From: Vitrella brassicaformis CCMP3155
Taxonomy: Eukaryota; Protista; Chromerida
Reading direction: 5' to 3'
Assembly (NCBI GenBank): GCA_001179505.1
Contig: CDMY01000457.1
Coordinates: 9,347-73,346 of the forward strand
DNA length: 64,000 nucleotides
Shown here: piece after piece, positions 1-10,767 of the stretch
Position numbering within the stretch: position 1 is the stretch's first letter
Layout: every line of letters begins with the position of its first letter
Notes under the pieces: model-generated
Told to the model about the DNA's origin: nothing
Databases searched by the model: none
The model's input: only the letters and a program-made list of their open reading frames with translations
Translations under genes and position numbers: made by a program

Positions 1-1230
1 TCACTCATTCATTGCGATCCGTCCCTTGTACGGTGAATGCAGGTGAGCGTGTCATCGGGCGGTGCTGAGTGGTTCCTGTCCGGCATCAGGGCCTTTGCTG
101 CGGCGAGGAACGGCACAGAGACTTCTGTGAGGGGTGCTGCCTTGCTGTACGGCACGGTGGACGCGTCGACCGGCCGCATCACCGTGGAGGCCGTCACGCA
201 GCCGTCGGCAATGGCATGGAGAGAGGGGGAGGAATGCGACCTCGACCAGGTCGGTGTGTGCCGAGACACTTGAACGGCAGGATCTATCTGCGTGTGTGTG
301 GATGCAGCTCTGGTCGCCCTCAAACAGGGAACTTGACAGTGCTGACAGGTCAGGAGACAACAAGAACCACGCGACGCTCGTGACGCTCTGCTCACTTTTC
401 TCTTCTTTCTTTTCAGGGTCGCCGAGATGCTCGGTCTTCGGCTGGTGGGCTGGATCTTTACGAGCCCCGACGAGCAGACACCCGTGGGCAGCACTGAGAT
501 CATCACCGCCTCGCTGCTGCAGCGGCGGTGCATGCAGCGACACGGCAGGGAAGAGGGGGAGATGTTCGTGTCCGTGGCCGCCATTAGCACAGGCAATGAC
601 GTCGCCCTCGAGGCCTTCCATATGAGCAGACAAGCCGTACAGGTGCGCCTGAGCACAAACTCACGAGGCAATTCACTCACGCGAACATCCACTTGTGCTG
701 CATGTCTGATGTACTGATGCAGTTGGCGTCGGATGGTCTGTTTGTGCTGCCCTCGCCGGCCAGCAACGCCTCCCTCATCGCCACCAGCGAGCCTGTGTCT
801 GTCGAGGGCCGCGAGACAACCGATCTGGACGTTCTCTTCTGCCTCATCCCTGTGGCCATCCAGTCTCACGAGGGCTGGCTGCAGAACAGCTTTCCGTCAC
901 CTTTCGTGCCACAGCAGAATGGAGAGGAGTCGCTGGCGGCCGTGCTGCGTCGTCATATGCTGGGTCGGGACGTCAGGCGGCGGCCACTGAGTGCGCGGCT
1001 GAGGGACTTCAACCTGCTGCTCTATGTTGCCAAGTTTGTCAGCAGGTCAGCAGCCACGTCAGATCTGTGGTGGCTGTGAGGAGAGTGCTCATTCGATGCA
1101 TGTGTTGGTGTTGTCTGGTTGCAGGGAAGCGGATTTGCCGGTGTTGTGTCGTGCTGTGCGTGATGTGCATGACGGGACGCCCCTGTCGTCACATTATGAG
1201 ATACTGCTCGAGACCATAGCCCACACCTGA
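1..1230 (+). CDS. NPL4: NPL4-like ubiquitin-recognition/p97 cofactor (MPN-like domain), 5'-truncated by the window edge, about 4 exons
   Basis: Spliced exons give ...GAALLYGTVDASTGRITVEAVTQP, LGLRLVGWIFT, ALEAFHMSRQAVQL, EGRETTDLDVLFCLIPVAI, SFP and RLRDFNLLLYVAKF, matching NPL4 motifs (VGWIFT, EAFQxS, FP, L.DFHLLL). Stop at 1228-1230. Confidence 0.75.
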
Positions 1231-1633
1231 ACTGAGAGAGAGACAGTGTTCCCGGGACTGTGCGGTGTGTGTCTGTGACTACTATGACTTTTGAGCATCC
1301 AGGCAGCATTTGAGCGATGTCTCTCTCTGTGTGGAGCAGATGTGTACACGAGACACATTCATCGAATGGAGTCACCCAATTGGCACAGGTCAAACACGAG
1401 TAACATTGCTGGCGTGTTGATTTGAACCCTAACGATGCGTCGTGTTAATGTATTTTGTGTGTATGCGTAAGGCAGTGCACATTCACGCACACGAATAGAG
1501 AGCCTTTGTATGAATGCCAATACATGTCAACGTCCACTCGATCAACGGTACAAATGAGCACCCATTGTATTCACGCCAGCGGTCCATCGGCAGGCAGCTG
1601 GTGCCCTCCATGCTTCAAAAGAATGAGTCCACC

Positions 1634-1695
1634 GAGAGACAGAGACAGAGAGAGGGAGACAGAGGGAGAGAGAGACAGAGAGAGGGAGAGAGAGG
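1634..1695. repeat. GA-rich microsatellite (GAGA/GACA/GGGA units)
   Basis: gagagacagagacagagagagggagacagagggagagagagacagagagagggagagagagg seen directly. Confidence 0.9.
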
Positions 1696-2338
1696 AAAGC
1701 CAAACACCGTCAGCAAGAAAACCGACAGGGGGGCCCTGGATAGACATTATGCAAGTCAGTGTATACGTATACGTGTGTGTACACCGATATATATAAAGGT
1801 GTGTACAGAAGACATACAAATGCGTACAGACACAGAGAGAGAGGGGGGGGGTGGAGAGGGGGGGTCGACGTGAGGCAAGGCAGCAGAAAATACGGACCAA
1901 GCGCACATGCATCTTACCTGCAGCCAGCCATCCCTCCACGATTCACCACATGTGTCCGCACAGCACGAGTAAGATGAAGAAGGATTCGAGCACATCGCTC
2001 CAGTATGTATGCATTGTGTGTGCATGACAGCATTCAGCAAAAACGCCTGCCTCGGCGACCGAGTGGCATTCATGAAGTCACACACAAAATGAATTCAGGA
2101 CGACACTCAGACAGTGAGGGAGAAAGGCAACCCGCCTCCCCGCCAGCAACCAGCCACACGCATCAACGCCGCGGACCAACAAGCAGACAAGAAGGACTGA
2201 CTGCATGGAAGCAGCCTGTCTGTCTGTCCGTCTGTCAACTGGTGTGATGACATGGGTGTGTGGGTGTGGATGGGCGAAGAGTGTGAAGTACACACTGCAC
2301 GGCCACAGTGTGAGTGTATCCATTCATCCATCCATCCA

Positions 2339-4156
2339 TCACGAAGCAGCCCAGCCCACAGACGCTGATGCAGATGCAGACGCAGACGCAGACGCCGCCG
2401 CGGCCTCGCCACCTGCTGAGATTGCATCAGCTGGCACAAACACGCAGCCATACGTGCCCCACTTCGTTTGCTGCGTACCTCTGCTGCCCTCTCCGCTGCC
2501 ATCATCATCAAAGTCCTCAAAGTCGTCCTCCACATCGTCATCATCGCCATCGAAATCTGCATTACACACACGGATGATAGAGAAAGGCGTCAACCATCCA
2601 TCCATCCATCCATCTGTGTATGCCCCTTCCTGGTTCCGAACCGTCGTCGCCGTCCAGATCGTCGTTGTCGGAATCTGCACCACACACCAACAGCAGTGAA
2701 GACAATCCATCCATCCGTCTATCCATCCATTTCCGTGTGTCCTGTGTCCGTACCGTCGTCACTGTCATCATCCTGCGGCTGCTGTCCCGCTCCCGGTGCG
2801 CCGTCAAACAGGATGGCTGAGATGACGGGCCCCAGCACCGCACGCGCCAGCCGAGTGGACACTGGGAAGCGGTCCTTGAAGGCGGCGCCACCCACACCAC
2901 ACACAGCCGACTCGGTCGTGCAGATGCGGACATCCGCTGCAAAAGAATAAGAGGAGAGGACAGAGATGAGAGTGAGTGTTGTATGTATGGTGTATGGGAT
3001 GGACTGACTAGCGAGGGGAGGCCTCGCCGTGGGGATGGCCACCGGATCCCCGATAAACATCCATGCGACGAATGAGTGGCCGGCGTCGGTCAGAATGAGA
3101 TGACGCCGAACTGCGGGCAGAGTGTCGGGGCAGACTGATGCGGTGGTGGTGGTGCATCCCTCCACTGGTGTGTGGGGGGACTGCGTCAGCAGGTTGTGCA
3201 GCCGGTCGTTGTCGACATGGCTAACACACACATAACATACACTCGTATGACGTGGCAATGCCCACACAGAGTGATGCCCCGCCTCACTGGTCGAGTGATT
3301 GGTTCGTTGTGGTCATCGTGTGAGTCGTCTCGAAGTGGTTGAGGGCGATGCTCTTGACCCACGACGAAACAGACGAGAAGAAAAGCTGACCCGACGGCCG
3401 CCAGCCAAAGAGGTCGGAATATGCAATGCGGCTGCCGACGGGCGGGTCGTGCTGCTGTCGGTGCTGCTGGTAGAGAAAGTCGGGAGGGAGGGGCGGGTCG
3501 ACGTCGATCTCGAAGCCGTCCTCGTCCTTGACGGCCCGCAGTCTGTTGCCGTGCTGGAAAAGCTGGAAGGTCGTGTTGTTGCCGAATTGGATGTGGGGGC
3601 CGACCATCTTCAGCTGAGCCAACACACGGGGAGCGGCCAAATACGCCTGCACACAAAATACACCAACACACCACACACCGATTAAAAGCCATCCTCTCTG
3701 CCTTCCTCCCTCCCTCCCTCCCTCCCTCGGTTGGCTTACCGCCTTGTTTGGGTATTGGTGCAGATCGCCCGCAGTGAGCCTCACAGGCAGCTGGCAGTTG
3801 CCGCACTGCCCTGCCAGCTCAATGGCCTCGCTCGTCTCACTCCAGCCGCCCACCTCCATCACACACAGCGCCGCCAGCATGTCACCCTTGCCCATCTGCT
3901 GGTCGTCGAATGTCAGCAGCTGCTGTCCGTTGGCCGTCCGCCGCAGCCCCGCCTGTCTGCTGAGCTCATCGTCTGTTGTCCATTGGCTGAGCCGCTGCCG
4001 TAGCTGAGACGTTTGGAAGAGCCCTCTCGCCCATTTGCAGGTCTTCCTCAGCCGCAGGATGTCATTGAGACTGAGAAGGAAGAATGTGCGCCGGCCGACG
4101 AGGACGTACTCGACGGGGTGCTGCTGCTGGTTGGGATGCTGCTGGTTGGGCTGCAT
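2339..4156 (-). CDS. Lineage-expanded hypothetical protein with an F-box-like N-terminus, an HDPPV motif and an acidic/Ala-Ser tail (about 5-6 exons)
   Basis: ATG at 4156 (MQPNQQ). Exons: FLLSLNDILRLRKTCK (F-box-like), QQHDPPVGSRI, RRHLILTDAGHSFVAWMFI, VRICTTE...FPVSTRLARAVLG, then an Asp-rich tail. Motifs are shared with the gene at 11095-12584. Confidence 0.6.
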
Positions 4157-4279
4157 CACGACCTTCGGGACTGCCCTCCCACAACCGCGAGCTTGAAGCG
4201 GAGAGCTGACGAAGCGCTTTTTGCCTTTCCACACGCGGCTGTCCACGCTCTCACCACGCGGAAGATCTATGATCGGCGA

Positions 4280-4320
4280 GGTCGTGATCTCCGTGGTCGT
4301 GATCTACGGAGATCACGACC
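4280..4320. repeat. Three copies of the 11-mer GGTCGTGATCT (two direct, one inverted), forming a perfect 11-bp hairpin with a 4-nt loop
   Basis: Copies at 4280-4290 and 4295-4305; agatcacgacc at 4310-4320 is the exact reverse complement. Confidence 0.9.
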
Positions 4321-4418
4321 AGAAGGGTGCGTCTGTCTGTCTGATGACGATGCCTGACTGCATGGCCATCCACTTGTGTGTATGTGTGTGTGTCTGCAAG
4401 ACCCAGTTGCGCGTGCCT

Positions 4419-4660
4419 TCGGCACGCCGGCCTGGACGAGGATGACCTCCTTTTGGCGCCTGATGTGTGAGCTATGGTCTAGTCCTCGACCGCCATTCCT
4501 CTCCGGCGTGATCGCAGGCAACAGATGTGAGATAGTGATATCAGTGAGTCAGTCACTGGATGACACTTCTCCGAGTGTTCTGTGTGCAGGCTGTTGTCAA
4601 TCGCCGCCCACTTCTTGTATTTGAATGTCTCATTTATCGAGGACCACGCACCAGCGGCAG
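4419..4660 (+). repeat. Inverted duplicate (exon-intron-exon) of 6226-6460
   Basis: tggacgaggatgacctcctttt...gtgtgagctatgg...gtgtgcaggctgttgtcaatcgccgcc...gaatgtctcatttatcgaggaccacgcaccagcggca aligns by eye with the reverse complement of 6226-6460, with scattered substitutions. Confidence 0.9.
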
Positions 4661-4802
4661 CCATATTCCTGCGGAATGAAGATCTGCTAAGCCAGGTGAG
4701 AGCCAACGCCAACAACATGACTTCCTGCCCTACCATATTGGGTGCTGTCCTCGTGTCTGCAGATCGATTGATCGCGGTCTACGTTTTATATTTCCGAGAT
4801 CA

Positions 4803-4917
4803 ACATTATCTGAGACAGTATGAGATAGTAGAGATACTGCTTGTGACCATGGGCCACATCTGAACTGAGAGAGACAGTGTGCCCGAGACTGTGCGATGTG
4901 TGTCTGTGACTAATATG
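4803..4917 (+). pseudogene. Duplicated 3' end (last codons, stop, 3'UTR) of the NPL4-like gene
   Basis: gagatactgcttgtgaccatgggccacatctgaactgagagagacagtgtgcccgagactgtgcgatgtgtgtctgtgactaatatg versus gagatactgctcgagaccatagcccacacctgaactgagagagagacagtgttcccgggactgtgcggtgtgtgtctgtgactactatg at about 1198-1287. Confidence 0.85.
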
Positions 4918-5073
4918 GTTATGTGTGCCACTGGAACATGGGACACATAGTGTCCGCCAAAAACAAAGACGCTTGGAGTCATGAAAATCGGTCAAAGCGC
5001 AAGCATTGTACGAGAGAGAAGGGCCAGACTACTGCAGAAAAGCCTTGGCGACGCAACTCAAACAAACATCGGG

Positions 5074-5095
5074 ATATAAAATGTAGGCAACGATC
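5074..5095 (-). repeat. Dispersed 22-nt motif GATCGTTGCCTACATTTTATAT (identical copy at 59749-59770; variants near 4600, 4770, 6260, 61660 and 62480)
   Basis: atataaaatgtaggcaacgatc is read at both 5074-5095 and 59749-59770. Confidence 0.9.
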
Positions 5096-6225
5096 AGCAC
5101 TCACTCTCCCTTCTAGGGTGTGTGGTGTGGTGTGGTATGGGTCATGTGTTCCTTCGAGGGAAGGGTTATCTCCTAGTCGGTCTGGGTCTCGACATGCCAT
5201 GCGCACATCTAAGGGAACATAATCATGACCAACATACGGGCACATGCAATGAGCTCCGACGTAAGTGAATGGGTCGCTTGGCTGCCTTACTGATCCTCGA
5301 TTAACGTGGTGAGCCGTCCGCCTGAACGTCCTGCCTAGCCGACACGCACGGCGCAAACCTGCCCGGGTGATGGCTCTGAATTCCCCACCATCACCACCGC
5401 CCCGGTTGCCGTCACCATAGCCGTCGGCACGGGCGATAACTTGGAGGGCTGCGACTCACTCGTGGGGCTGTCCATCTCGGGCGACAGCCCGAGGGGGAAT
5501 GGGTGGCTCCTCTCGATCAATCAGGCCAGAATGAGGTGACACACACACAAAGGTCTCGGCTGCCGCAGCGTGCAGCACCTGCACAGACACACAGAGACAG
5601 GCACAGAGACACATGAGTGCGCTGCGAGTCCTTTGTGTTTCTCTTCTCTTGACCCTGCTTTGTACCTGCTGCTGCTCAAATGGATGCGATGTGGCTACAG
5701 CTACTCCAGGACCACCAAACGTCTGCATTTGGAGCCACACACGAACACCACAGCAACATCACTGACAACACCTCTGAGATCTGTGTTTCTGTTGCTATCG
5801 TACGTACCGATGCTGGTGGTGCATTGGATGGAGCAGCATGGTCATGTGCCGCACAAGGGGCGGCTGCCGACCCATCACCACCATCGCCCCCACCATGACC
5901 ATCTACGTCCATCTGCTGGCCGTTCGGCGAGGCAGTCTCGACAGCAAAGGGCACGGGCGCCGCCCTCTCCTCCCGGCCGGCCGGCCTCAGGCACAGCTCA
6001 GGTAAAGGGCACCTGCGTCAACAACACGACAGGAGGCATGAGAAGACCAACACAAGAGCGCTCTTGAGAACGCAGGGAGGATTCACTTTGCTGCTGTCGC
6101 TTCCTTACCGCATTCGTGGCCGCCTCGGCCCCATGGCCGTCAGCACCGGGCACACCGACATCCCTCTCGCCCACCCCACTGCCCTCTCCATCTTCCTGCC
6201 GTGGCGTCCCACCTGGCGTTGCCGC

Positions 6226-6460
6226 TGGTGCGTGGTCCTCGATAAATGAGACATTCAAATATAAAATGTAGGCGGCGATTGACAACAGCCTGCACACAGA
6301 ACACTCGGAGAAGTGTCATCAGCTGACTGACTCACTGATGTCACTATCTCACCTCTGTTGCCTGCGATCGCGCCGAAGAGGAACGGCGGTCGAGGACTAA
6401 ACCATAGCTCACACATCAGGCGCAAAAAGGAGGTCATCCTCGTCCACGCCGCCTTGCCGA
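6226..6460 (-). repeat. Partner copy of the inverted duplication at 4419-4660; 3' part of the kinase-like gene
   Basis: Direct sequence alignment by eye; both copies give WTRMTSF(L/W)RLM and LLSIAA(Y/H).LYLNVSFIEDHAPAA. Confidence 0.9.
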
Positions 6461-6788
6461 GCTCGACAGCGTCGCTGTAGATGGCCCAGCAGCTCATGGA
6501 GACGTCCTGGTTGGCCGGCCGACCTGACTTCCCAGACGCCTCCTTTGTCGCCTTTCACCCGTGTCCACCACTCCCACTCGTCGGGTGTGGGGTTGTAGTT
6601 CCAGCCCTCCTTGGCCGGACCGCCGTAGCTCACCACCTTGGCGTGCCCCCACTTGTACGGCACCTGGTCGGCGGGGATGTTGCTGCCGTACATCATGGGC
6701 GGGTGGGCCGGGGGCGGGGAGACCACCAGAGGTGGTGCTCGTGTGCTGGAAAGGTGGGGTGGGGTGGGGTGGGTCGTGAGTGGGGGTT

Positions 6789-7088
6789 NNNNNNNNNNNN
6801 NNNNNNNNNNNNNNNNNNNNNNNNNNNNNNNNNNNNNNNNNNNNNNNNNNNNNNNNNNNNNNNNNNNNNNNNNNNNNNNNNNNNNNNNNNNNNNNNNNNN
6901 NNNNNNNNNNNNNNNNNNNNNNNNNNNNNNNNNNNNNNNNNNNNNNNNNNNNNNNNNNNNNNNNNNNNNNNNNNNNNNNNNNNNNNNNNNNNNNNNNNNN
7001 NNNNNNNNNNNNNNNNNNNNNNNNNNNNNNNNNNNNNNNNNNNNNNNNNNNNNNNNNNNNNNNNNNNNNNNNNNNNNNNNNNNNNNNN
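6789..7088. other. Scaffold gap (300 N) inside a G-rich tandem repeat
   Basis: N run; ggggtgggtcgtgagtgggggtt occurs on both sides. Confidence 0.99.
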
Positions 7089-7624
7089 GGGGTGGGTCGT
7101 GAGTGGGGGTTGGGCTTGCGGTGGGGGTGGTCTGGGCTGCCTTGATATCCGGCAGGAGGACGGCCTTCTGGCGTGTGGCTGGTGCGATGGGGGACGGCTC
7201 GGGGTTGGGGGTGTTGGGGCCGGGTCGTGACGCGTACGCATCGATCGGCACCTCTGCAGGCTGGGGGTTTGGCGGCGGTAGTACGGGTGGCTCTGCTGGT
7301 GCTGGTGGTGACTCGGGTGAGTCGGGCATGGCGCGATACGACGCCGGGGAGGCGCCAATATCCCCTGAGGCCATGTCACTGCCGGAATTGTCAGCACCAC
7401 CTGACACACACGACACATACAGACAGACAGACACAGAGAGGCGAAGAGGCAAGTGAGATGGATGGATGGATGGATGCCACACACACACAACTCATACAGC
7501 ACACGTGACTCACCTGCAGCAGCAGCAGCAACATTGCCAGTCGTCTCCATCGGCTTCTCACTCACTGGTGGCAGGGCGACGGGTACCTGCAGGCTGGTGC
7601 CGTTTGCCGTGGCCTCCTTGACCT

Positions 7625-7690
7625 GGTCCAGCTCCAGCAGCTCCAGCTCCAGCTCCAGCTCCAGCAGCTCCTGCTCCAGCTCCAGTAGCT
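7625..7690 (-). repeat. Hexamer repeat (CCAGCT)n encoding an (LE)n tract, LELEQELLELELELELLEL
   Basis: Tandem ccagct units seen directly, in frame with the kinase-like ORF 6693-7847. Confidence 0.85.
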
Positions 7691-10114
7691 GCAGGGCCCA
7701 GACCAGCTGGTCTTCTAAGTCTGCGATGGTCCCCCGCTCGCTCTGTCTGCGCCGCAATCCCTTGGCCGCGGCGCCTCCCACGATCTGCTGCCACTGGCTG
7801 AACCACTCGAGCCCCGGGCACGCTGTGAGGACTTCCTCGGGGCGCACGGGCTCGCCTTTGCGGCAGTCGAGTGGCCGGCCGTCTTGGGTGATGATGGTGG
7901 CCGTGTAAGTGGTCCCAGTCGGCCAGCAGCAGCTCCTGGGCCGCCTGAGGCTGCTCAGCTGCCCCCAGCGCCTTGGCGTCCCTGATGGCGGTCTCCACCT
8001 CCCAGTCCGCCCTCATGACGGAGCTAATGGCCCTGGCGATGCCGGTGACGATGGTCGGCTCCCCGAGCATGAGGGCTTCCGACTTGCCCTCACCCACCAG
8101 CAGCCCCTCCGCCCTCAGCTCCTGCCGCGTTCTGTTGAGGCCGGCATTGATGCGGCCGGTGGCTCCCGCGGCCGCCTCGTCCGCCTCGTCGTCGACCGGC
8201 GGCCTTCATGGCCACCCAAATCTCGGGCGACATGTGCCAGTCCGTGCCCTTCGGAAGCTGCCCTTGGGCGGCTTGGGCGGCCTTGTCCAGGGGCAGCACG
8301 ACGACGTGGGGGCCCAAGTAGGCTGGTGGTGGTGGTGCGGGGAGGGAGGGGTGAGGGGTGGGGTGAGGGTATTGGCCAGGTCCAACAGCAGCGTGCCGCC
8401 GGCCGAGTCGGACTGCTGCAGCTCACTGCTGGGGCTCCGAAGGGCGGCCTTGGAGAGCATGACGTTGTTGTGGAAATGGTCGACACAGAGTGCGTGGGGC
8501 ATGGCGAGTTTGTGGGCTTTGGCGGTGCACAGGAGGGCCTTGGTGAGCATGCTGACGCGCCTCAGCACCTCCTTCCGTGCCTGCGGGCCGATGTTGCCCT
8601 TGTCCCTCCTCGCCTTGTCGAACTGCATCACCGTGTCCTGCAGCCAGTCGCTCATATCGCTCAACTCGATGAAGTCGTGCTCTTTATCAGCACCACCTAC
8701 ATATCAATCAGAAACACAAAAAGAAATGAGGATCTCGGGCATGTGCGCATCTGTTTGTGTGTGTTGTGCAAGCAAGCTCATTACCAGACACTAGCTGCAT
8801 GGCTATCCACAGGGCCGGGATGGCATCCCCTCTCGTGTTGGTGTAGGTGGCGGGCGACTGCGGGTCCACCTCGGCGGCGTAGAGGTTGACGAACGGAGGC
8901 TGGCCGCCGAATTGGCGCATGCGATCAGCCTCCACGCGCAGCTCCCGCGCCACCTTGGCTGCGTCGACGACCTCCTCGGCCCTGCCCTCCCCCTGGCCGG
9001 CACCTCCCTCCCCTGGAACGCTCTCAGAGGCTGCCGCTGCCGTCTCTCTCGCCGTATCGGTGGCCGTCTGCTCCCCCGTCTCCCCGCTGCCCCTCCCCTC
9101 CTCCGACTCAGACACCTCCTCTGACGAACTGCCGCTACTGCTACTGCTGCCCTCCTCCTCGGACTCGATGTCACCCTGAGGCTCCTCCTCCTCCTCCTCC
9201 TCCACCACCACCTCGCCGCATCCGGCGCTGTCCTCCTTGGACTCGTCGTCGTCGGCGTCATGCCGTAGCCGCCCTATCTTGAAGGCCACCTGGTCCCCAC
9301 CGCTGCCGTCCTCGCGCGGCAGAACGCCCTTGAGGACGAGTGCCGTCCCGCCGCTCCCCAGCTCCTCCTTGGCCTTATCATCAAACAAGATTGTGCGGGC
9401 GGTGGGCCCTTGGCCGATGACCAGCTTGGCTGACATCGCTCTTTCCTCTTCAACGCTCGCCAACGGCTTCTTCAAAATCGCTGCGAGGATCGCTGCCAAA
9501 CGAGGTGATGGAGAGGAATGAGGCAGACGAATCGTAATTTCGAAAAGAAATTTGTCCCGTCTCGCGTTCTCGCCGTCGCATTAATTCTCGCCGGCAGGAG
9601 GAGAAATACGAGTCCAACCTGTAAACACGCCTCCCTCTCCTAGCGGTTCTCTCTCTCGCTCACATTGGCAGCGTGTGTGTGTTGTCGCGGCACTTTCAGC
9701 CCCTTCGGCACTCTCAGTCGCCCCGCATCTGCTAAATCCCTCCGTTGCGGTGCTCTGATGAGGCCTTGCACAGTGCATTTCATGACAGACCGACAAACTC
9801 TGCCGTCCACACACTCTGCGTCACGCACGTTCCAATTCGCGCGAGAGAGCGAGAGAAAATCGGCCAGTCGCGAGAGCTCTTCTGAGGGAGGGGGAGAGAG
9901 GCAGATGCACCCATTCATGGAGCTGCAGCCATATGGAAGATGACATCTACGCCTTCTTTCACTACAGTCCCCCATGGAAGATGTATAGAAGGAGTACGTA
10001 TGTACAAATCGAGCCCGTACACGCCCACGCCCAGCAACCACATGAGTGCATCCATCCATCCAGCCAGCCATGCAGAGGGGGGTGTGTATGAAGAAGGAGG
10101 GGAGACCAGGCCAG

Positions 10115-10767
10115 TCAGTTGGTGCCTTCACTGCACGTCGGGGCCTGCTCTGCACTCATCCGTGTGTGGCACTCGTACATGGCCTGCTGCAGGTCAGGCG
10201 TGGCCTGCTCAATGGCCTGGAGATAGCGGCTCTCGTACCCGCCAAAGTCGCTCTCGTACCCGGGGCTGGTGAGGTCGTACTTGAGCTTGTCGTCCTTGTG
10301 CAGAAGCTTGTTGGCCTCACGCATAGCCCTCTCGCCCGCTGTTACCGTCTGCACGAGAGGGACACATACACATCGCACAAAGATGGAAATGCCGTTCATG
10401 CCCGTGGCTCACTGCTCACCGATGCTCTGCGCAGCTGGTAGATGCATTTGGCTGCGTCGGCCTGGATGCTCCTCACCATCATCCTGGCGACGCACTCCTC
10501 AGTGCTTGCACAGTCTGACTCTGAGGGAATCAGACTACCCAAAACCTGCCAAAACCTGGCTATTGATGAACGGCCGGCGGCCCTCGGAACGGCACACCCG
10601 CCCTGATGACCGCTGCGTGGCCCTATGTCGGCAATCGACTCGCCGTGGTTGACGGACAGCTGCTGCTGGTGGTGGTCCTCATGTGTAAGTGTATGATCAG
10701 GGATGCTGTCTGCTGGGCTGTCTGCCGTCGTGCCGCTGGCGGCGAGTCCATGTGAATCGGCCTCCAT
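10115..10767 (-). CDS. Small spliced hypothetical protein (MEADSHGLAAS...), N-terminus homologous to the gene starting at 46786
   Basis: ATG at 10767. Exons: DCASTEECVARMMVRSIQADAAKCIYQL and TVTAGERAMREANKLLHKDDKLKYDLTSPGYESDFGGYESRY. Stop at 10115. Confidence 0.55.

Larger units (their letters stand above)
6255..9436 (-). pseudogene. Divergent protein-kinase-like gene with a Pro-rich C-terminal region, interrupted by four single-base frameshifts and a scaffold gap
   Basis: Gly loop ELGSGGTALV, VAFK lysine, alphaC RELRVEA, hinge WIAMQLV, catalytic loop CVDHFHNNVML, LLLDLAN (DFG-like) and KGTDWHMSPEIW (APE-like). Frame switches at about 8340, 8197, 7915 and 6532. The 3' end is uncertain. Confidence 0.6.

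Noticed and set aside
1420-1440. aaccctaa resembling a telomeric repeat
   Set aside because: Single unit with no array; expected by chance.
5100-6250. Plus-strand exon-like fragments (DGSEFPTITTAPVAV..., MDAMWLQLLQD..., GRLGPMAVSTGHTDIPLAHP...) as an intact gene
   Set aside because: Could not be joined into a consistent spliced ORF and no family was recognised; treated as part of the patchwork.
4419-6460. Bona fide DNA transposon defined by the inverted repeats
   Set aside because: No transposase, no visible target-site duplication, and the repeat arms are gene exon/intron sequence; kept only as a hypothesis.
7385-8697. Two exons of the kinase-like gene both begin GTGGTGCTGA(T/C)AA (GGADK/GGADN)
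   Set aside because: Only 13 nt with no further similarity; cannot be distinguished from chance.
7625-8889. Long plus-strand ORFs (7453-7908, 7909-8889, 7973-8794) and similar antisense ORFs over AK8, Kir, RRP5, SRPK and the USP gene
   Set aside because: Shadow ORFs caused by high GC and codon bias of the real gene on the opposite strand; no recognisable motifs.
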